Below, piece by piece: positions 16,833-27,238 of a DNA stretch of 64,000 bases (the stretch's first letter is position 1; every line of letters starts with the position of its first letter). The translations under genes were made by a program, and so were the position numbers. A model generated the notes under the pieces. It was not told the origin of the DNA, ran no database searches, and was given only the letters and a program-made list of their open reading frames with translations. The stretch is from an uncultured Halobellus sp. (GTDB taxonomy: Archaea; Halobacteriota; Halobacteria; Halobacteriales; Haloferacaceae): assembly GCA_964538415.1 (NCBI GenBank), contig CAZIFX010000003.1:2073-66072 (forward strand), in the 5' to 3' direction.

Positions 16833-18869
16833 ATGAGCTTCACGGATCGGCTCGGAAGCGGCACGAGCGGCGAGGACCTCTTCGGGGCGCTGTTTTATCC
16901 CGTCTTCCGGCTACTGTTCGATCCCGACGGGCAGTTCGTCACCGACGTCGAGCGGAAGCTCGCGGAGGCACGAATGCCGGACCCCGTCGAGATGTACCTC
17001 TCGCGGTCGCTCGGGCTCGGACTGATCCTCGGGCTCCTCCTCTGGATCGTGGGGACGCTGCTCGGGTACGCCGTGTTCGCGCTCGGGATCGTCGATCCGG
17101 CGGGGCTCTCGCTCGGGGTCCCGGCACCGAATCCGGCGGCCGCCGAGCTGCTGCGGGCGCTCGTCGTTCCCTCGGTGGTGTTTCTCAGCGGCATCTTCTT
17201 CGGAAGCCTCGGCCTTACGCTCGGATTCGCGAGCCTGATCGCGATTCCATACTCGAAGGCATCGACACGCGAACGGGAGATCAACATGCTGCTCGCGGAC
17301 TCCGTCTCGTTCATGTACGCGCTCTCCGTGGGCGGGCTCAACCAGCTCGAGATCCTGCGGGCGATGGCCAACGCCGAGGACACCTACGGGGAGGTCTCGA
17401 AGGAGTTCCAAAGCATCATCAACGAAACGGAGTACTTCGGCACCGACTACCGGAACGCGATCCGCCAGCAGTCGATGGAGACCCCCTCGGAGGACCTCTC
17501 GCAGTTCCTCGCCGACATGCTCTCCATCGTCAACTCCGGCGGCGACATGGAGTCGTTCCTCTCGGATAAAAAGGACAAGCACATGCGGACGTCGAAACAG
17601 GAGCGGGAGATGACGTTGGAGACGCTGGAGCTGTTCGGCGAGATGTATATGACGCTCTCGCTTTTCCCGCTGCTTCTCATCATCATTCTCGTGATCATGG
17701 GAATGATGGGTGAGTCCGACCAGATGTTGCTGTACGCGACGGTCTACGTGCTCATTCCGCTGACGGGGATCGGCTTTCTCGTCCTCGTCTCGACGGTCAA
17801 ACAGGACGAGCCCGGCGACGGCTACCTGCATCCCGACGACGGCAGCGAGCGGCTCGAACAGTCGAGCCGCGAGGGGCTGTTCCACTTCGGGCTGATCGAG
17901 GGATTCGTCGGGCAGTTCGGGATCTTCGACCGGATCCGTGACCGCGAAGGGACGTACAAAACGAAACAGCTGCTCTCCGCCCCGCATCTGTTCTTGAAGG
18001 AGAACCCGCTGTACACGCTCGCGCTGACCGTTCCGTCCGCGCTCGCGCTGCTCGCCGTCGCCGTCTCCGCCGGCAGCGCCCCGCTCTCGGTCGACGGCTG
18101 GGTCGATCGCCCGGTCTGGTCCGCGTTCATCTGGGTCTACCTCCCGGTCTACCTCGTATTGATCCCGCTCGCGGTCTTTCACGAGTGGAACCAGCACGCC
18201 CGACGCGCGGTGACCGGCACGCTCTCGGAGAACCTCCGGAAGCTCTCCTCGGCGAACGACACCGGACAGACCCTGTTGGAGTCGCTCGAAACCGTCGCCA
18301 GCACCTCCTCCGGAAAGCTGGCGGACGAGTTCGAGGTGATGCACGCGAAGGTGAACTACGGGATGAGCCTCAGGGAGGCCATGATCGAGTTCAACAACCG
18401 ATACGCGGTTCCGCGACTCGCCCGGACCGTGAAGCTCATCTCGAAGGCCCAGGAAGCGTCCTCACAGATCACCGATGTGTTGACCACGGCTGCACAGGCC
18501 TCGGAGAACCAGGACGACATCGAGCGCGAGCGTCGGTCGCGGACGCGGATGCAGGTGGCGATCATCCTCATGACTTACGTCACGCTGCTCGGCGTGATGG
18601 CCATCCTCCAGACGCAGTTCATCGACGTGATGGCCGACCTCGTCGACCAGGGCGGCAACGGCGCGTCCGACCAGCCGGGCGAGATGGACTTCGGCGGTGG
18701 CGTCGATCCCAACGTGCTCTCGATGCTCTTTTTTCACGCCGTGACGATTCAGGCGATCCTCTCGGGATTCATCGCCGGGTACATCCGGAACGCCGACATG
18801 CTCTCCGGGATCAAGTTCGCCGTCGTCCTGATGACGCTCGCACTGGGGGTGTGGATCTATGTGGGGTGA
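16833..18869 (+). CDS. pilC: Type IV pilus membrane platform protein (T2SS-F/ArlJ-like)
   Basis: Two cytoplasmic GspF-like domains separated by TM bundles; follows the ATPase. Confidence 0.9.
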   Translation: MSFTDRLGSGTSGEDLFGALFYPVFRLLFDPDGQFVTDVERKLAEARMPDPVEMYLSRSLGLGLILGLLLWIVGTLLGYAVFALGIVDPAGLSLGVPAPNPAAAELLRALVVPSVVFLSGIFFGSLGLTLGFASLIAIPYSKASTREREINMLLADSVSFMYALSVGGLNQLEILRAMANAEDTYGEVSKEFQSIINETEYFGTDYRNAIRQQSMETPSEDLSQFLADMLSIVNSGGDMESFLSDKKDKHMRTSKQEREMTLETLELFGEMYMTLSLFPLLLIIILVIMGMMGESDQMLLYATVYVLIPLTGIGFLVLVSTVKQDEPGDGYLHPDDGSERLEQSSREGLFHFGLIEGFVGQFGIFDRIRDREGTYKTKQLLSAPHLFLKENPLYTLALTVPSALALLAVAVSAGSAPLSVDGWVDRPVWSAFIWVYLPVYLVLIPLAVFHEWNQHARRAVTGTLSENLRKLSSANDTGQTLLESLETVASTSSGKLADEFEVMHAKVNYGMSLREAMIEFNNRYAVPRLARTVKLISKAQEASSQITDVLTTAAQASENQDDIERERRSRTRMQVAIILMTYVTLLGVMAILQTQFIDVMADLVDQGGNGASDQPGEMDFGGGVDPNVLSMLFFHAVTIQAILSGFIAGYIRNADMLSGIKFAVVLMTLALGVWIYVG

Positions 18870-19365
18870 ATCCCTCCGAGTCCGCGGAAACGGTCGCGGG
18901 CAGACCGTCCTCGATTTCGCCATCGGCATGTCGGTCTTCCTGCTCGCGGTGGGGTTCGTCTTCTCGTTCGTCCCGTCGCTTCTGGAGCCGTTCTCGGCCG
19001 ACGAGGGCGCCAGAATGATCGTCGCCGAACGCGGCGCGGCCCACCTCACTGAGACGTCGCTGTCCGCGGGCTCCACACCTGGCGTGCTGTCGGCGGCGTG
19101 TACGGTCGGGTTCTTCGATGGAGCGGAGCCCTCGGAGGAGGAGTGTAGCTGGACGCACGACGCGGATGCCCTCGAGGACGAGATCGGCGCGGATCGGTTC
19201 ACCTCCGTCAACGTTCGAATTACGCGGAATGGGTCGGTTTCGGAGCGTGACGGCGTGGAGCTGTCGGCCGGCGACGATCCGCCGCCGCGCGCCAGCATCT
19301 CGACCGCAAGCCGGATGGTCGACCTCGACGGGGAGACGCATCGGCTGACCGTGAGGGTGTGGTGA
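18859..19365 (+). CDS. Pilin-like protein
   Basis: Class III signal RG|QTVLDFAIG followed by a hydrophobic helix. Confidence 0.82.
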   Translation: MWGESLRVRGNGRGQTVLDFAIGMSVFLLAVGFVFSFVPSLLEPFSADEGARMIVAERGAAHLTETSLSAGSTPGVLSAACTVGFFDGAEPSEEECSWTHDADALEDEIGADRFTSVNVRITRNGSVSERDGVELSAGDDPPPRASISTASRMVDLDGETHRLTVRVW

Positions 19366-19367
19366 GG

Positions 19368-20030
19368 ATGTTCATCGAACACCTCTCCGACCGCGGTCAA
19401 GCGCACACGCTGGAGGCGTTCGTCGCCGCGTTGCTGCTCGTGACCGGACTTATCTTCGCGACGCAGGCGACCGCGGTGACGCCGCTGTCCGCGAGCACGT
19501 CCAATCAGCACGTCGAGAACCAGGGTGCCATCGCCGCGGCGGACGTACTGGCGACGACCAAGGAACGAGGCGACCTCAAACGGGGGCTACTCGCGTGGGA
19601 CGACGGCAACCGGGAGTTCGTGGAGGCGACGAACGCGGACCACTACTCCGGGTTGATGCCGGATACCGCCCATCCGCTCCACGATCCGTTCCGCGAGGCG
19701 TTCGACTCCAGACGGGTCGCGTTCAACGTCGACGTCCTCCTTCCCGCGAAGCCGGGCGACTCGCGAAGCCGACAGCGGCTGGTCGACATGGGCGAGCCGA
19801 GCGACAACGCCGCGACGGCCTCGACGCGCGTGACGCTGTACGCCGACGACCGGCTCCACGATCCGGCCGTGGACGACCTCGACGGCGAGTTCACGGGCAC
19901 CGCCCTCGGCGAGACGACGGCGGACGGATCCGCGTTCGCCCACGGCTACTTCCACCGGCCCGAGGACCCGGACGAGGTGCACACGCTGTACGCGGTCGTG
20001 GAGGTGCGAATCACCGTATGGCAGATGTGA
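19368..20030 (+). CDS. Pilin-like protein
   Basis: DRG|QAHTLEAFVAALLL class III-type signal. Confidence 0.82.
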   Translation: MFIEHLSDRGQAHTLEAFVAALLLVTGLIFATQATAVTPLSASTSNQHVENQGAIAAADVLATTKERGDLKRGLLAWDDGNREFVEATNADHYSGLMPDTAHPLHDPFREAFDSRRVAFNVDVLLPAKPGDSRSRQRLVDMGEPSDNAATASTRVTLYADDRLHDPAVDDLDGEFTGTALGETTADGSAFAHGYFHRPEDPDEVHTLYAVVEVRITVWQM

Positions 20031-21049
20031 GCCGGCTCCTCGGCGGTCGAGACGGAGCGGACGCCGCCGCGCGGGGCGATCGGACGGAACGAGCCCAGCT
20101 CATCCTCATTACGGGGCTGACGCTCGCGGTGATCCTCGTCGCGGTCGTCCTGCTCTTAAACACCGTCATCTACACCGAGAACCTGGCGACCCGCGGCGTC
20201 GACGCCGGCGGCGGCGAGGCCGTCGAGTTCCGCGAGGGGACCGTCGACGACATCGAGGGGCTACTCGTCCGGACGAACTGGACGGACACCGATCGGGAGA
20301 CGTTCGAGGCGGACCTCGATCGCTACGCGTCCTCGACCGGCGAGCATCGTATCCGCGAGGGCATTCGTGCGAGCATCGAGACCGATCCGGCTGCAGGGGC
20401 ATACGTCGCACAGGACGCCGATCGCGGGCTGGTTCCCTCCGATGACTACCTCGAGAGCGAGGGAGAGGAGGAAACCGTTGACCCCGGCGACGAGTGGACG
20501 CTCGTCGAGGGTGCGACGCGGACGCGATCGTACGTGCTCGACGTGCGCGTCCCGGATGGGGACCGGATCGAGGACGAGTCGGACGTCGATTCGGGCGCGT
20601 TTCGGCTCCGCGTCGAGGGAGGAGGGAACTCTTGGGACGTGGAAATCTACTGGCTCGAGGACGACGACGACGTGACCGTTCGGATCGACGGCGAGGAGTA
20701 CGACGGAACCGGGGATGGCGTCCGTCTGGATCTAACGGACGGAACGGTCGGCGGCGAACGGAAGTCGTTCGTCTGGGCGGACGGCGTCGAGGACGAGAGC
20801 GGAGGACAGGCGTACAACGTCAGCTACGAGAACGGCGACACGGTGAGCGGAACCTACGCGTTCGTCGTTGACGCGCCCGGCGGCGTGAGGACGGCCTCGC
20901 CGACCGACCCGTTGCATGCCGACCCCGACGACGGCTCGCCGTACGCGGTCGACGCCGTCTACGACGTGACGGTCGACGTTCGCCATCACACACCTGATCT
21001 CCGATACGAGGATCGGGTCCGGGTCGCTCCGGGTGAGCGCGATGACTGA
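20018..21049 (+). CDS. Pilin-like protein
   Basis: Start MADVSR; ERA|QLILITGLTLAVILV signal; acidic beta-rich body. Confidence 0.8.
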   Translation: MADVSRLLGGRDGADAAARGDRTERAQLILITGLTLAVILVAVVLLLNTVIYTENLATRGVDAGGGEAVEFREGTVDDIEGLLVRTNWTDTDRETFEADLDRYASSTGEHRIREGIRASIETDPAAGAYVAQDADRGLVPSDDYLESEGEEETVDPGDEWTLVEGATRTRSYVLDVRVPDGDRIEDESDVDSGAFRLRVEGGGNSWDVEIYWLEDDDDVTVRIDGEEYDGTGDGVRLDLTDGTVGGERKSFVWADGVEDESGGQAYNVSYENGDTVSGTYAFVVDAPGGVRTASPTDPLHADPDDGSPYAVDAVYDVTVDVRHHTPDLRYEDRVRVAPGERDD

Positions 21050-21524
21050 TCCCCGACGGCTCCACGTCGGCGGTCGGGGAGACGACCGGGCGGTCTCCGT
21101 CTCCGTGGGCTACGTGCTCAACCTCGCGGTCGCCTCGCTGCTGCTGGCGGGGCTGTTCATCGCCGGCGGCTCGTTCGTCGAGGGCGAGCGCGAGCAGGCG
21201 GTCCGCGGCGAACTCACCGTCGTCGGCGAGCGCGTCGTCGCGGACCTCATGACCGTCGACCGGCTCGCGGCCGGCTCGGACTACCCGGACGGCCTCGTCG
21301 TCGAGCGAAACGCCGAGTTCCCCGCTCGCGTCTCGGGAAGCAGCTACACCGTCACGGTCGATCCGTCCGCCGAGGTGGTGGCGTTGGAGCATCCCCGGAG
21401 CGACGTGACCGTCGAGGTGCCCTTTCGGGCCAGCTCCGACGTCGAGGAAACCACCGCGTCCGGAGGGAACCTCGAGATTCGCTGGAACGCCACGGCGGAA
21501 CGCGTCGAGGTGGTCGAGTCGTGA
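21042..21524 (+). CDS. Pilin-like protein
   Basis: DRA|VSVSVGYVLNLAVA signal. Confidence 0.82.
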   Translation: MTDPRRLHVGGRGDDRAVSVSVGYVLNLAVASLLLAGLFIAGGSFVEGEREQAVRGELTVVGERVVADLMTVDRLAAGSDYPDGLVVERNAEFPARVSGSSYTVTVDPSAEVVALEHPRSDVTVEVPFRASSDVEETTASGGNLEIRWNATAERVEVVES

Positions 21525-22339
21525 GGCGGAGTCCGCGCGCTCCACAAGGGCCGCGACGACGCTCGGAGATCGACTCCGCCGATCGTGACGGTGGCCGGGA
21601 TGACGCCCGCGCGGTCAGCGAGACGGTCGGTTTCGTGTTGGTCTTCGCGTTGATCACCACGACCATCGCCGTGACGTTCACCGTGGGGCTCGGCGGGTTA
21701 CAGGACGCCCAGACGGCCGAACGCGACGCCAACGTCGAGCGAGCGTTCGACGTCCTTCACGACAACCTCAGGGACGTCTCACGTGACGGCGTGCCGAGTC
21801 GAGCGACCGAGATCAGGCTGGCGGGCGGCGCGCTCGTGCTCGAGGAGCCGACCGAGATACGCTTCGAGAGCGACGAGTGGAACACGCCGTACGTCGAGCG
21901 GACCCGTCCGATCGTCTACCGCGGCGCGGGCGACTCGACCGTGGTGTACGAGAACGGCGCCGTTCTCGCGACCGACGGCGAGGAGAGCGTCATGTTGAAC
22001 GACCCCGACCTGCTCGTCGGGGACGACGCCTACGTCGTCTCGCTCGTCCGGGTCAGCGGGCGAAGCCGTGCGATCGCCGGCGACAGAACCGTCCTAGTCG
22101 TCGGGTCGAACGCCGGCCGGGAGGTCGTCGATCGGCCACGGTCGGCGGGAGCCGTGACGATGGAGATCGAGACGCCACACCCGGCCGCCTGGGAGCGGCA
22201 CTACGAGTCGCTCGCCGCGGACGATCCGCGGGTCGATGTCGTTGACGGCGAGGGCGACGTCACCATCGTCTTCGATCCGGACGGGGATGACGAGTTCATC
22301 GTCCACCAGACGACGATCTCGGTCGGGTTCAGCGATTGA
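21521..22339 (+). CDS. Pilin-like protein
   Basis: RA|VSETVGFVLVFALI signal; GTGA overlap with the previous gene. Confidence 0.82.
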   Translation: MRRSPRAPQGPRRRSEIDSADRDGGRDDARAVSETVGFVLVFALITTTIAVTFTVGLGGLQDAQTAERDANVERAFDVLHDNLRDVSRDGVPSRATEIRLAGGALVLEEPTEIRFESDEWNTPYVERTRPIVYRGAGDSTVVYENGAVLATDGEESVMLNDPDLLVGDDAYVVSLVRVSGRSRAIAGDRTVLVVGSNAGREVVDRPRSAGAVTMEIETPHPAAWERHYESLAADDPRVDVVDGEGDVTIVFDPDGDDEFIVHQTTISVGFSD

Positions 22340-22398
22340 GCCGGCCACTCACCCGAGTTAACCGCCGATCGCGTGAGCCACTCGCCGAACCACGCGGA

Positions 22399-22860
22399 TC
22401 ACCCGCCGATCAAGCCGTCGACGAGGTCGGCGGCGGACTGCCAGGCGGCGATGGCGACGGCGGGCGCGCCGACCACGCCGGCCATCCCCGCGAACGCCTG
22501 TCGCACGCGTGGGCCGTCGTTCTGCGTCCCCAACACCAACACGAGTGGCTCGCTCGCGACGGCGTACACGCTCATCTCGCGGCCCTTCTCGGAATAACAC
22601 GTGTCGATCACCTCGATGAGGTCCGCCTCCTGGAGCTTGTCGAGATGGTAGCTCGCGTTCTGGATCGAGAGGTCGAGTTCGGCGGCCACCTCCGAGGCCG
22701 TCAGCGGGTCCTCGTTGAGTCGCCTGAACACCGACATCGTCGTGTCCGACGAGAGCGTCGAGACGAGCTCCTGCGTCTGGTCGTTGTCGACGTACAGGAC
22801 CGAGGGGTCGCCGCTCCGGTCGATCTCCGGATCCGAACGGGAGGGAAGTAGCTTCGGCAT
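22399..22860 (-). CDS. ArsR-like winged-helix regulator with hydrophobic C-terminus
   Basis: TASEVAAELDLSIQNASYHLDKL; YSEKGREMSVY. Confidence 0.88.
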   Translation of the reverse strand: MPKLLPSRSDPEIDRSGDPSVLYVDNDQTQELVSTLSSDTTMSVFRRLNEDPLTASEVAAELDLSIQNASYHLDKLQEADLIEVIDTCYSEKGREMSVYAVASEPLVLVLGTQNDGPRVRQAFAGMAGVVGAPAVAIAAWQSAADLVDGLIGG

Positions 22861-23012
22861 GGCTGACTCGTTACGCCGTCGTACGCCCTCGCCACTGTTA
22901 GGTTCTCGGATGGGTCAAAACGTCGTTTGAGCCTCGATATCGGCAGCGTACGTCTCCAAAGCGCGGATCGCTTTGCGGGCCGCTTCGGACCGAACCGACT
23001 CGGGACCGGGAG

Positions 23013-24281
23013 TCATTGACAGCCCATCGATCCGGCCAACTCGAACGCGAGGGTGGCCTCCGCGTCCGGATCGTCCGAGGCGAGGTCGACGCTCACCTCG
23101 TAGGTGACGCCGTCGTCCTCGCAGGTCCACGCGTAGGTGGTTCCGAGGAACGTCTCCGAGAGCGTGCCGTCGAAGGGACCGACGTCGGGACCGGAATCAA
23201 GGGTCGTCGCGTCGTCCTGTTCGTGATGTGGCGGCCGTTCGGTGACTCGGATCCAGACGTCCTCGGGCGACTCGTCACCCTCGGTGTCGCTTCGATAGAA
23301 GAACTCGGCGGTGAGGTCGTCGCGAAACTGGTTGGCGTTGACGCCGCCGAAGGCGAATCGCTCGGGGACCGTCGGCTCCGGGACCGCGAACGGAAGCGCC
23401 TCGTCGGCCTCCGCGACCGTTTCCGCCTCGATGGAATCGATCGGCTCGTAGACGTCCGTCTCCGGCGGCGGGTCGAACGTGAATCGATCGTCGGGGATCG
23501 ACTCGTCCATCGTCACGTTCGTGTACGTCGTGGTGAGGGTCCGTGGCCGCGTCTCGGGGTCGGCCGGATCGCCCAGCTCGACGCGTTCTTTGATCGGGTA
23601 GCGCGCCTCCACGTCGATCCACCACGTGGTCGTTCCCGACGGCGTCGTTTCGTCGTCGGGATCCGCCTCCCCGTCATCGACCTCGTCGCCGACCGCGAGC
23701 TCGACCTCCCGCTCACCGACGAGCAGGGTTATCGCGCCCGTCGCGCCGTCCGCGTCCGGGTCCGGTCGGAGCTCCACGACGTGTGTCTCCCGGCCGTCCA
23801 CGGTCTCGGTTCGGAGATAGGTCGCCTCGAAGCCGTCGACCCTGTCGAATCCCCCCTGTCGGGGGACGCGCCAGTCGTTGTCGTCGACGTACAACAGCCG
23901 CTCGTCGTCGGAGAAGTAGTGCTGGCGGACGCTTCCGTTGATCACGAGCACGTCGCCGGACGTCGTGGTCGGCCCGGTGTCGACCCGAACCGCCTCGCGT
24001 TCTCGATCCGGCGGCTGAAGCCAAACGTCCGCCTTGCGTTCGATGTGGGTGCCGTCGGTCGCGTTCGTCGCCTGCGTCAGCTCGAACTCGCGGGTGGCTT
24101 GCATCGTCTCGAACGGCTCCTCCGCCTGGATGACCGACTCGACGAGCGCGTCGGCGTCCGGTTCGTCCTCGCCTCCGTCGATCAGGAGGGGATCGGCGAC
24201 CATGGCGCCGGCGACCGTCGCGCCGGCGACGACCGCGGCGAGTGCGACGATCCGGAACGGCTGGAGGGCCTCGGGATCCAT
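23013..24281 (-). CDS. Membrane-anchored LolA-like (lipoprotein-carrier fold) protein
   Basis: N-terminal TM helix; ETVDGRETHVVEL, WIDVEARYPIK, DDRFTFDPP. Confidence 0.75.
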   Translation of the reverse strand: MDPEALQPFRIVALAAVVAGATVAGAMVADPLLIDGGEDEPDADALVESVIQAEEPFETMQATREFELTQATNATDGTHIERKADVWLQPPDREREAVRVDTGPTTTSGDVLVINGSVRQHYFSDDERLLYVDDNDWRVPRQGGFDRVDGFEATYLRTETVDGRETHVVELRPDPDADGATGAITLLVGEREVELAVGDEVDDGEADPDDETTPSGTTTWWIDVEARYPIKERVELGDPADPETRPRTLTTTYTNVTMDESIPDDRFTFDPPPETDVYEPIDSIEAETVAEADEALPFAVPEPTVPERFAFGGVNANQFRDDLTAEFFYRSDTEGDESPEDVWIRVTERPPHHEQDDATTLDSGPDVGPFDGTLSETFLGTTYAWTCEDDGVTYEVSVDLASDDPDAEATLAFELAGSMGCQ

Positions 24282-24387
24282 CGCCGGAGGTGCGTGCCGA
24301 TTCGACTATAATCTGGCGGCGGGAGCGGCTGACGGGACGACAAGGGTTGGTGAACGCGGAACGCCCGGAACGCGTCGGCGACGAACG

Positions 24388-25071
24388 CTACTCGAGCGCG
24401 ACGTTCGGCAGCGTCACGTCCAGGTAGCGTCCGACGCCGGCGGTCACGCCGTCGACCCACTCGCGGTCGTTCGTGGTCACACGGCGGAAGGTTCCGCCGA
24501 CCGCCAGCGTCCCGATCACGGCCACGACCTCCGCGGGAGCGATGGTGCCCGCGGCGTCCGGCCCGTCGTCAGCCGGGACTCCCTCGTCATCGGTTCGAAC
24601 GTCTTCGGCGCTCCGCACCTCGGCTGCGGCCTCACGAACGCTCCGCTCGAGAAACCGGTCGAAGACGCGGTCGCTGCGGTCGAAGTGGTCGCGGTACGCC
24701 TCGTCGTTGGCGGCCTGCGCGCGGAGTTCGACGACGGCTCGGAGGAAGCGCGCGTCGGGGGCGTCCGCATGGTCGACGCCGCCGGGGTCGCTCATCGCGA
24801 GCACGTACGCCACGATCCGCTCCCGCGGCGGCAGATCAAAGGAGCCGGTGGAGACCGACTCCTCGAAGCCGTCAAGCAGGAACGCGAGCAGATCGACGAG
24901 CAGCTCGTCCTTCCCGTCGTAGTGGTGATAGACGAGCGTCGGGCTCTTCTCGAAGGTTTCGCCGATCCGTTGGATCGTCAGATCCGCGTAACCGTGCCGG
25001 CACAGGGCGTGGAAGGCAGCCTCGAGGATCTCCTCGCGGGTGTCCGCCGGCTCCGCGAACGGATCCTTCAC
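24388..25071 (-). CDS. TetR/AcrR-family regulator
   Basis: TREEILEAA...HGYADLTIQRI...LVYHHYDGKDEL; GTG start at 25071. Confidence 0.9.
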   Translation of the reverse strand: MKDPFAEPADTREEILEAAFHALCRHGYADLTIQRIGETFEKSPTLVYHHYDGKDELLVDLLAFLLDGFEESVSTGSFDLPPRERIVAYVLAMSDPGGVDHADAPDARFLRAVVELRAQAANDEAYRDHFDRSDRVFDRFLERSVREAAAEVRSAEDVRTDDEGVPADDGPDAAGTIAPAEVVAVIGTLAVGGTFRRVTTNDREWVDGVTAGVGRYLDVTLPNVALE

Positions 25072-25121
25072 GAGCGATCCCCCGTGCCGGGCGTGTCCAT
25101 GTTCGTCCTTACGAGCCCGTC

Positions 25122-25152
25122 TATATATCCGTCCTGATTGAACGTTCATTCA
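25122..25152. promoter_or_regulatory. Divergent promoter TATA plus palindromic operator (probable TetR site)
   Basis: TATATAT at 25122-25128; near-perfect palindrome TGATTGAACGTTCATTCA at 25135-25152. Confidence 0.65.
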
Positions 25153-25247
25153 ACACGCTTATGCCGACGGCGGGAGAGTCGTCATCATGGCTCGAACGGA
25201 CGGTGTTCGGACGTCACGCGTCCGAACACGACGCAACGCGGACGGCT

Positions 25248-25363
25248 CCGTACGCTCCGCTGACCGCACCGGCGCCTCCGCTGACCACCCCGGCCCCTCC
25301 ACGGACCACGTCGGTCCCTCCACGGACCACGTCGGTCCCTCCGCTGACCGCATCGGCCTCTCC
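25248..25363. repeat. Degenerate 21-bp tandem repeat (about 5 copies)
   Basis: Units such as TCGGTCCCTCCACGGACCACG. Confidence 0.8.
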
Positions 25364-25449
25364 CGTCGTCCCGTGCCGGTTCCCTCCATCGAGCCAACGA
25401 TCACGGAGCCGTCGACGCCTCGGTCTGAACCCCACACCGAGGGGCATCA

Positions 25450-27195
25450 ATGAGGGGACGGCGGGCAGCGACGCTCGGCCTGATCGCGGTCTGCACTCTG
25501 GCGATCGGACTGGCCGTGGTTGCGGCCGGCGGTGCCGTCGCGGCTCCAGGAGCGACCGGCGACACGGTCCCGAGTGCGGACGCCTCCGGATCGATGCACG
25601 CGCCGTCCTCCGCGGGCGGCCAAGCAGCGCTGACCGGACTCCACGACGACGACCTCGTCGCACGGACCAACGGCACGATCGGCTCCGGGCAGATCACCGG
25701 CCGTCCGCGCCTCGACGCCTTCCTCTCGCAGCCGACCGTCCGGAGCGGCGGCGAGACGACCATCACCGTCGACCTGCTCAACCGCGGGGAGATGCGATTC
25801 GGCAACGAACTCGACCCGCGCGTGACGACCGCCCGCAGCGTCCGCGTCGAGGCGGACGCGGACGGTACGCCGCTTGAGGTGACCAGCGGCGAGATCGCCG
25901 TCGGCGACGTGCCCACGGGATCCCCGACGTCCGTCCCGATCGACGTCGCCGTTCCGGACGACGTCGAGGACGGCGAGTACGACGTCGAGGTGACCGCACG
26001 CTACCGATACACCGGCCAGATCCTCCCCGGATCGACGAACCACAACGACCGGACCGCCACCGAGCGCTTCGACGTCACGGTGGTCGTCGATGACGGCGCC
26101 CGCTTCGCGATCGTCGAGTCCGACACCGACGCGCAGGTCGGCGGCAGCGGCGCCGTGACCGTCACGCTGGAGAACGTCGGCGAGGAGACCGCCCGCGACG
26201 CCTTCGTCACGGGCGCCGCCACCGGCAGCGAGGTCGTCGTCGGCGACGGATCGAGCGACGTCTTCGTCGGCGATTGGGGGCCGGGAGAAAACCGGACGGT
26301 CACCTTCGACTCCACCGTCGACGTCGACTTCGCGGGCGACACCTACGCGCTCCAGTCGACGGTCCAGTATCGAGACGACGACGGCGCGGAGCAGGAGTCG
26401 CCGGCCTCCCGAACGGGGATCACCCCGACTCCGAAACAGGAGTTCCCGATCGATGACGTGATCGGCACGCTCGAGGTCGGCTACTCCGGAACGGTCAGCG
26501 GCACGCTCACCAACGACGGGCCGCTCGACGTCGACGACGCGGTGTTGATCGTCGAACCGCAAAGCGACCGCGTGCAGGTCGGGGAGAGCCGATACGCGCT
26601 GCCCGACCTCGCCGACGGCGAGTCGACCGAGTTCTCCTTCGACGCCGACGTGAGCGGTCAGGCGGACCCCGGTCCCAGACAGCTCCGATTCACCGTCGAG
26701 TACACGAGCGGTGACGGCACGGTGGCGACCGAGTCGACCGACCGCATCGAGGTCGCTGCCCGCCAGCCGGAGTTCGACGTCGTCTCCGAGGACGCGACGA
26801 TCCCCGCCGGCGAGACTCGCCGGATAACCTTCGAGATCACGAACCAACGTCCCGAGACGCTTTCGTCAGTCAACGCCGCCCTCTACGCCGACAGCCCGCT
26901 CTCGGCGGTCGACGACGAGGCGTTCGTCTCGGGGATCGAGCCCGGCGAGTCGACCGAGATCTGGTTCGAGGTCGCCGCCGCGGAGGACGCGAGCGCGAAG
27001 ACCCATCCGGTCGAACTCGACTTCCGTTACGACGACGAGCGGGGCAACGACCGGATCTCGGACGTGATCCAGCATCCGGTCGAAGTGACCGAATCGACGG
27101 GTGACGGTGGCGGAATCCCCTGGATCCTCGTCGGCGTCGGCGTCCTCCTGCTCGTCGCCGCGGGCGGCGGCTACGTCTACTACCGGCGAGGATAA
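25450..27195 (+). CDS. COG1361-type S-layer-domain surface protein
   Basis: Signal peptide, repeated Ig-like modules (TLENVG, GDWGPGE), C-terminal TM helix with basic tail. Confidence 0.85.
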   Translation: MRGRRAATLGLIAVCTLAIGLAVVAAGGAVAAPGATGDTVPSADASGSMHAPSSAGGQAALTGLHDDDLVARTNGTIGSGQITGRPRLDAFLSQPTVRSGGETTITVDLLNRGEMRFGNELDPRVTTARSVRVEADADGTPLEVTSGEIAVGDVPTGSPTSVPIDVAVPDDVEDGEYDVEVTARYRYTGQILPGSTNHNDRTATERFDVTVVVDDGARFAIVESDTDAQVGGSGAVTVTLENVGEETARDAFVTGAATGSEVVVGDGSSDVFVGDWGPGENRTVTFDSTVDVDFAGDTYALQSTVQYRDDDGAEQESPASRTGITPTPKQEFPIDDVIGTLEVGYSGTVSGTLTNDGPLDVDDAVLIVEPQSDRVQVGESRYALPDLADGESTEFSFDADVSGQADPGPRQLRFTVEYTSGDGTVATESTDRIEVAARQPEFDVVSEDATIPAGETRRITFEITNQRPETLSSVNAALYADSPLSAVDDEAFVSGIEPGESTEIWFEVAAAEDASAKTHPVELDFRYDDERGNDRISDVIQHPVEVTESTGDGGGIPWILVGVGVLLLVAAGGGYVYYRRG

Positions 27196-27238
27196 TCCGC
27201 ATGAGGTCCCCTCGCGAGCGCTGCCACGGAGGCCGGCC

